Assembly: GCA_012295275.1 (NCBI GenBank)
Contig: CM022679.1
Location: 20,026,001-20,090,000, forward strand
Direction of reading: 5' to 3'
From: Chrysomallon squamiferum
Taxonomy: Eukaryota; Animalia; Mollusca
Length of the DNA stretch: 64,000 nucleotides
The position numbers were made by a program, and so were the translations under genes. The notes under the pieces were generated by a model, which was given only the letters and a program-made list of their open reading frames with translations, did no database searches and was not told the DNA's origin. Shown one piece after another: positions 56,425 through 64,000 of the stretch (its first letter is position 1; every line of letters begins with the position of its first letter).

Positions 56425-57647
56425 TTTGCTGAAAACAGTACTCTAGATATTTATCATATATAATCCATAGTTTGATTAAAAGTCACAAAAAGCCATGGTT
56501 TGGCCAATCTTCAGTCATCAAGACATTCGACAAAATGATAAACAAACGTCTTCTAAACAAATCAAACCCTTTCAGAACAACATCAAAAGAAAAATAAAGT
56601 AAAAATAGAAATCTGACAAACAACCTTTTCTAGCTCATTTGGCTTACGCACATTATGTCTAGGTTATGGTTTGGTTTCGTCTTTAGATTATTATTATTAT
56701 TATTATTTTTTTTTATATATTTTTTATTTCAGTTTAGTCTTAATTTTTTGGCTTTGATTTGTAATTTTTGTTGTTGCAGTTGTGGTTTTATTTTAAAAAT
56801 TGCTGCAGTTAGATTATTTACAATACTACTACTACTAATAATAATAATAATAAGTACTGGAAATTTAGATGATTTAAATTGGAGTATGCTGGCTATTCCT
56901 CGAAATGAATAACCGACTATTCTGCAACTTCTCTTTGAATCACGGAATGGAATACAAATGAACTTTCAAATCGTATATCTATTCAGAAATGAGGTTTGCC
57001 TGGCTTATATTTGTATCATGCATTAATCTTAAAGGATTTTAAGATCTTCCTCTTATCTTATAGAAATTTCCCAGATATATATATTTTTTTGTTTTGTTTT
57101 AAGTTGTAGATCACACGCTAAAGTAGTTTCATCGTAACATAACAGTTTATAATTTCAATTGTAGTTTAATTATAAAAAAATCATTTTATTTCTAAAAAAA
57201 AATCCCCCATTCCTTCTTTTATTATTATTATTATTATTTTATGTTTTTAAATTCATTTTATAATTTTGTATCATTTCTTTTCAGTTAAACTGTCTTCATT
57301 AGGCTTTTTTTTATCTTTTTGAAATTAATTACTTCCGATGTCATATGTTCTTTGTATAGTATAAATTAACCGTATATGTCAGTTTTCAGGAAATATGAAA
57401 ATAATATTGACAGAAACAAAGCAATTTAATGCAATTCAAAATATTGGAAGTATGAAAAATTAATAAAGAGAAAACAAGAAATAAAGAAATCAACAACGAC
57501 CATAAAATCACATAGACATGAAAAATATATTTCGATTATTTATACTTAGATAATTATATCATTGTGGAAAAAACATTATTGTAATATGTGTGTGTTTATT
57601 AAGAAATAAAAGACTCATTGTGTGTTTTATTGTTTCTTGTTTATTAC

Positions 57648-57704
57648 CTGTACATCCAGTTTCGATGTCGGGATACTCCGTTGCGCAGGCTTCGACGTTT
57701 ATCC
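57648..57704 (-). CDS. 57-nt upstream exon of the tetraspanin (N-terminal extension or 5' UTR)
   Basis: Long pyrimidine tract plus CCCCCAG| acceptor, CAG|GTAATA donor. GC-rich island, open in two frames. Confidence 0.6.
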
Positions 57705-58396
57705 CTGGGGGATAAAAAATAATATAAAAAAAAATATAAAAAAATAAATAAATAATAATTACAAACAACAAACAAAAAAACCCATGAATTTATTGAAAAT
57801 AATAATGAACTAAAATAATGTTTAGAATAAAAAGAAAATAATGTTGTTGTTGTTGTTTTTTTAAATAAAAAAATAAATTAATATGCCTAACTCTGTGATT
57901 AATTTAGCCTTTGGTACAGGAAAGGCGAATAGTTTAGAATTTAAATTTTATTTTATTTATTTATTGTTTTAATGATCGTTAGCAACAGAATTGGAAGCTA
58001 TTTTGTTGAGCGTTCTCTCTCGTCAGAAATTTGAATAGCAGTTTTTATTTCTATATTTGTATTTTTCTTCTCTCTCTCACTCTCTTTTAAAAATATATAA
58101 TTATAAATAGTTATTAAATAATTTAGATAATCCAGAAGAGCATACATAACGTCAAAGAAAAAGTCTTGATGACATTTTATTTAATAAAACAATAATTATC
58201 AATATTAACAGATAACAAACACACGCACACACACACACACAGATATAAATAAACAAAATAACAGAGTAAATATATTTTTACGTGTATAATACGATCAGTG
58301 CTATATCTGATTATATTTTCCGATATAAATATATTTAAAGAGTATACTTTACGATAATTAATTATGACAATAATATAAGTTAAAATAATAATAATA

Positions 58397-58429
<33 letters not shown>

Positions 58430-59220
58430 CCATATTCTTCAATTTGATAAACAGTTTATATTATCTTTTTTTCTTTATAATTATTTTACGACGTGAGAGA
58501 GAGAGAGTGCCTTGATTTTGTATGGTGTGTGCCTTGAAACTTTCAAACCTGCCGGCAGTATTTCAAAAGTGGAATATTTATTAGTATTCTGTGGATTTCA
58601 AATATTTGTTTTGTGATACGTAAACTGACTTCAAGAAAATCTATCTTGAATCTTTATTTCACAATCTGGTTTAACTGATACTAAACAGCATAAATTTGGA
58701 CAGTATTATTTGAACTCGAGTCGAGTTATTTTTATTTTTAAAATTTGTATAAAACTTTTTTAACGTTTTATTTTTTTTTAAATAAAAAAATATATATATA
58801 TTTGTAATAATATAACTATGCTTGTACGACCATCTTATTAGTATTTGTATGTAACTACAAACTATCTAAAACTAGTTCACAGATCAATGACATGATAATG
58901 AACTACTGTTAAAATAAAAGGAAACATAATATTCTGTTTTCAACCGTATGTTGGAGATTATGTACAAAATAATTAGCATTACATCTATAACTATGTTCTC
59001 TAGATATATAAACTAATTTCAATAATTCGAGCATAATTAATGCATTATACAAACTTTTTATTAATGACATTCATATTATAATATGCCCGTGGTAACGTAA
59101 GGCCTGTTTTATCATATTATATATATTTTATTCGTGCATCGCTAACACTGAGCATACTTTAGTCATTAAGGTAATTTATCTCATATTTTGATAACAATAA
59201 AAGTAAATAACAAAGTAAAC

Positions 59221-59300
59221 CGAAGACCAGACCAAGGGATAAATGGACTACGATATAGAAGCTCATTTCGACTTTTCCCCATTGCTGACGGCGGCTTCAT
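59221..59300 (-). CDS. Candidate first coding exon of a long tetraspanin isoform (MKPPSAMGKSRNELLYRSPFIPWSGL)
   Basis: GC-rich island. The phase-2 end joins 57704-57648 and the acceptor at 56428 in frame with ATG 56424. The donor CG|GTTTAC is weak. Confidence 0.4.
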
Positions 59301-59750
59301 CCTTGCATCGATTTGTTGTCGTTTGCCTTGGTAATATTTTCTAATCAATATATTGTGGGTTTTCACTGAAATTTCGTAATAGATGTGCTTTGTATTTCTA
59401 AAAAATGTGTAATCTATATTGTATCTAAATACAAACCACATCTAACATAATTAGCATTAACGATAAAAGTAATAAATACTAAAAAGTTATTATCAAGAAA
59501 GGAATATATTTTTAACGATATATAAAATATTTCAATATGAAACCTGAACATACACATAAACATATTTTTTATTTAATCAGTTTGTAAGAAATTATTATAA
59601 ATACTTTATCTTTAATAATTTCACAAGGATACAAATCAAAATAACAAATGTTCATTTTAGCAGATAAAATATTTCTTTAAAATTGTTAGAAAAATATGAT
59701 TCTTGTATTTGCTTTTATATGTGTGTATGTATGTGTGTATACACATAAAC

Positions 59751-59827
<77 letters not shown>

Positions 59828-59842
59828 TAATAATAATAATAA
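59751..59842. repeat. (AAT)n microsatellite between the divergent gene starts
   Basis: Direct reading. Confidence 0.95.
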
Positions 59843-59936
59843 CAATTGGTCCTTTAGAAAATAGTCAGCGATGTTCGTGATGTGCTGAACGTGAGTCGGA
59901 AATAAACGAGCTTTAAGATAAACCTTGACAGTAAAC

Positions 59937-60833
59937 ATGGCTGCTTTCAGCGATTCTCAGAAGCAAAACATGGAAGCAAAAACTGGCGTTTTGCAACAAA
60001 TAAGAAAATTATCTAAATATGACATATGTTTTAAAATACTGCCTTCCATTGGAGGATTAAGTTATGAGCTTTTTTCTGCAAATATAATGAATCCCAAAAG
60101 TTTTAGATGGTTAGTTTTATTTGAAAGGCACCTTTAAGAACACACTGAGATTTTGGGTTACCGCCTGCGCGTGCGCAATATCTATCTATCGGCATATATT
60201 TCATTGTTCATTAACTTAATTGGATGGCGGATGATTTAATATGCGATATAACCATCACAAGAATTCGTTCACTTGAAATTAAATAAATAAATAAATAAAT
60301 AAATAATATAAATTATATATATATGTCAACCAAAAATTATTAAGTATTTCAGAGGGCACCAAGCTTTCCTAATAATAAAATAAAAATGTAATTTTCATTT
60401 TTTCTAAAAGTAAATGCACTGTTTAATGTCAGAATAATGGTCAGCTACCTGCCATGGAATTAAACTAAATCTCATTTATAGGATTTAAATGTTTTAATCA
60501 AATGTATAAATATGTTTTTTTTTTAGGATGTTTGATGACAGAGATCTAGTTATTGCCAATGTATTGTGGTTTAATGCCCACATTGGAGTTGGACTGTACA
60601 TGTTTGGACGTCCACATCTTCAAAAGGCATCGACACAGAGGCGCATACTGTACAGTGTTTTTGGGTCGTTTCTTTTCAACTTTGGTTCTGTTTTGTTTTG
60701 GGCCACATGCAAGAGTTTGCTACCAGATAATTCCAACTTGAGGACAGCTTTGGGATTTGGTTCAGGCTTTATTCTCCTCTATATTGGAAGAGAATATCTG
60801 AACTACATTGACAAAACACAGACTTCTGTTTGA
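59937..60833 (+). CDS. Uncharacterised small multi-pass membrane protein, 159 aa, 2 exons
   Basis: Exons 59937-60109 (AAACATGG start context; TG|GTTAGT) and 60527-60833 (TTTTAG|G), phase 2, 480 nt. Three to four hydrophobic segments, e.g. LYSVFGSFLFNFGSVLFWA. Confidence 0.85.
60166..60177. promoter_or_regulatory. NRF1/ewg-type binding site
   Basis: TGCGCGTGCGCA; the reverse complement TGCGCACGCGCA fits the YGCGCAYGCGCR consensus. Confidence 0.55.
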
Positions 60834-63800
60834 TATTTTAACATCTATATACAAAGGACTAGTCAATCTGATATACAGCTGTTCATTATATTTGTGTTTC
60901 AGTTGTGAAAAACTGTTAAAATTCTTTTGATTGCATTTATAGTTTTTATTTTTTTATTTGAAGTGAAACCAGTTAGGAAAAAAAAGAAGTTTGTAACTAT
61001 TGAACAGTGCCTGAACCATACTTCACCTATCCAGAGATTAATCCAGACCAGTTTTCCAGCTTTTTATGAATGTTCATTCTTTAGATATATATATGTATTA
61101 AAAATTTAATAAATATCTAGTTTTTCAATCATGGTGTTTTATTTTATTTGAATTCAGCTGTGAGAGAAAGAACTGAATTTTGTCATCCACAGATACTGTT
61201 ATTACTATTACTTTAAAACAGATATACTTTTTAATTATCTACATGTAAGCAAACACTGGTTAGGCAGGTATTGACTATGTGTCAGATATGCCTTGTCAGA
61301 ATTTTCTTCTTTTTTTATTTGCAGATTTTGAGAGAAGGCTGCATAAATACATTATCCGAGGACATTTTTCAAACTGGGTTTAAAGATATTAGTCTAGTTT
61401 TCTGTTACATCTTTGCAATCATACAAATTGTCGATAGGACTCCTATTAAAATAACTTAAATAATGCCAATCAATTTACATGGTTTTCAGATTAATTTTAA
61501 AGGCCAATCCTTTATTGTTATGGAAGTGAAAAAAGATTTTCTCTTCCACAACCTGGCAACAAAAAAACAGCAAAGGCTTACTCTTTCAGAAATTAGCAAG
61601 CGATTAAGTGCAATTTTTCACAAAAGGGAAAGTAGACATTATTCCAAAAATGTTTACATAGTAATTATGATGTAGTCTTGAGTAGGTCATTTGAAAAGCT
61701 AATGGCTTGATGGAAATGGATTGATGTTGCAAGACTTTAGTTCCTCAAATAAACACTAACACTGAAATGGAAACTGTCCTGTCAGAATAAACTTAGAAGG
61801 TAAATTTTTCCCAGTAACACTAAGAAACAGAATGCTGTGTAATTATTCATGTTTCACTATATATTAACAATATGAATATATAAAATAGTGGATCAAACTG
61901 CAGGAATAAAAACAAAATAAGTAATAAGAGTAATTCAAGTTTAATACAATTAAGCATCCAGAAGTTAACAATAAAAACTCTGTTGCCACTACAAGCTAAA
62001 GAAACCAGTGCAGCAGTCCTAACACTTTAGATAGCCACATCTGCTGAATGTACTTCACATGTCCAGGCAATAAGATAAATATTTTGTCTACATCTAAAAA
62101 CTACAGGATGCATAATATTCATTATTAAGTTATAAATACATGGCTTTCCTATATGGCCACATAGGGTTAGAAAAACAAAAGAATTACTGGTATCCTTAAA
62201 TAAATTGTGAATAATTACTTTTTATTATTATTATGATTATTAAATTTTTTTTTTTTTTTTTTTTTTTTTTAGTTATAAGTAACTTCCAGTCATTCTAAGG
62301 ATATGTTAATTAGAAAACCAAAATAAAGCTTCTGACTACAGAATTAGAATACTGGTGAAAAAAAAAGAAAAAATATCTAGTTCAAAATCATTTCTTACAC
62401 CTGAATCATGTGACTTGCTCTCAGCAGATGGACCACAAAAATGGCTGCCACACCATAAAAAAAGCAAAGCAAAGATTATATAACAAACGAACACAAAAAC
62501 CAACATATTTTACATAATTACATATTTTATCGAGTGGTGTTAACACACCAACACAATAATCAGCTTATGCTAAAATATTCTATTAGTAATTACTAACTAC
62601 AATGTACAGACACTCATGTTGAGCTTGTATCAGATTTGTTTTTTTACTTAAACATCTCTATACCCATCCCTGCATGCAATTAAAAAAAAATAAAAAAAAA
62701 TAAAATTATTATTTACTATCTCGATGAAAATTTGTTTTCCTTATTAATTTAATCCTGTAAAATGTTTCTAAATAAAATACTATTAATACTGTATTCTTCT
62801 TTTGATAGAAGGAAAAAAAATATTTCGTTTAAGTTAACTGAAACATTTTCTTCACAGATCAAAACAGATGTATAACAATTTTTAATTGGCAGACATTTTT
62901 TATCCTGTTAAACATGTCTTAACAACGCAAGCATAATTCAATAAACATATAAAATATATGATATAAGCCCCTGAGATGTATCCATCAGTTGAAATTTTGA
63001 AGTGGACACCATAGTTTTACGAAGTTAAAAGGAATTACCCTTGTTTTGTCAACCTAAATTCTTTTATATGTTACATTAAAACTTTCATTATTATTATTAA
63101 TAAAATTGCCACATTTCAAAGTTAATAAAGAACCAAATAATTTTTTTCTTTCTATTTATTTCTTTTCAACAGCATTCCAATTTTATTATGGTGGCTAATG
63201 TAAATCCAGAAAATTCATGCAAATGAATATAAACTCTAAGTACTATAATGAATTGCAGTAAATATAATAAAACTGTTAACAGTTAAAAAACACATTATTT
63301 CCTAGATATCTTACAAGTTTTTGTAATGAAAGGACATTTGAAATGAATTTAAGAAAGAGAAATGAACTCAAAACAAATACAAACAACCACCCCCAAGCAA
63401 CAAATGAAGGTCATTATAAGTGATATCTTTTTCTAATTTTTTAATAATCAGTCTATAACTATTTCAGTTTTTCAATACCTTGCAATATTTTGCAATGAAA
63501 ACATGTTAACCAGAACAAATATTACTTGAACATTAACAATCAATATTTCTACACTAGTATTAAATGGAAATAAAACACAGAAAAACAAGAAAAACATTCT
63601 AATACTCATTCCATACTTAAAGATTTTTAAAAATCTGAAACCACCCATAATAAAATCTTTATTTTTACTTCAACTCTCTGCAAGTGTTGTTTCTCAGGCA
63701 ATAACTGGTTACAGACATCAGATTTTATTATTATTATTATTTTAAAATCTAACGTATGAAAATGTAACATTTTAAGTCTTAACCTTGTTTTGTCAATTAC

Positions 63801-64000
63801 ATCTTCTGTAATTCTAGAATGAATAGTGGGTCAAAAATTCTGGCAGTAATAATCTGATGCTATGCAAATCCATGACAACTTGACATTTACTAACAGGCAC
63901 TAAGAACTTAATTTTTTATTAACAGTGTATACAGTAAAATGTAATTCACAAATATTCTTTGAGAGAGAACAAGTTAGACTATGCATAATATTTCATCATT

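Noticed and set aside
59657-59938. Poly-Leu ORF (also the SL/ER-repeat ORFs at 20153, 39745 and 51760)
   Set aside because: Translations of microsatellites.
61200-64000. Additional gene at the right end
   Set aside because: No convincing exons; probably UTR or intergenic sequence.

Overview
Very AT-rich, intron-rich animal genomic DNA, probably from an invertebrate such as a mollusc or other lophotrochozoan (inference from composition and protein style). It is not prokaryotic, so most ORF-track entries are spurious or are single exons. I reconstructed five spliced genes by hand, and all splice phases are consistent. (1) The 5' part of CCR4/CNOT6 (-): LRR exons, a 60-nt cassette exon and a 489-codon alternative or nested first coding exon. 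(2) MRPL1 (+, 9 exons). (3) Mitochondrial glutamate dehydrogenase (-, 12 exons). (4) A TspanC8 (TSPAN5/17-like) tetraspanin (-, 8 exons, one GC-AG intron). (5) A 159-aa two-exon membrane protein of unknown function (+). Main findings: a candidate stop-codon readthrough signal in the tetraspanin (UGA-CGG, 9-nt spacer, perfect 9-bp hairpin) whose 18-aa extension ends in the PDZ-binding motif S-A-V; duplicated, probably mutually exclusive active-site exons in GDH, 75 nt apart; a possible LRR-less CCR4 isoform with a long disordered N-terminus; a Tigger4/MER46-like MITE; and in-frame upstream exons that extend the tetraspanin N-terminus. No database searches or folding computations were run, and family assignments come from recalled motifs.
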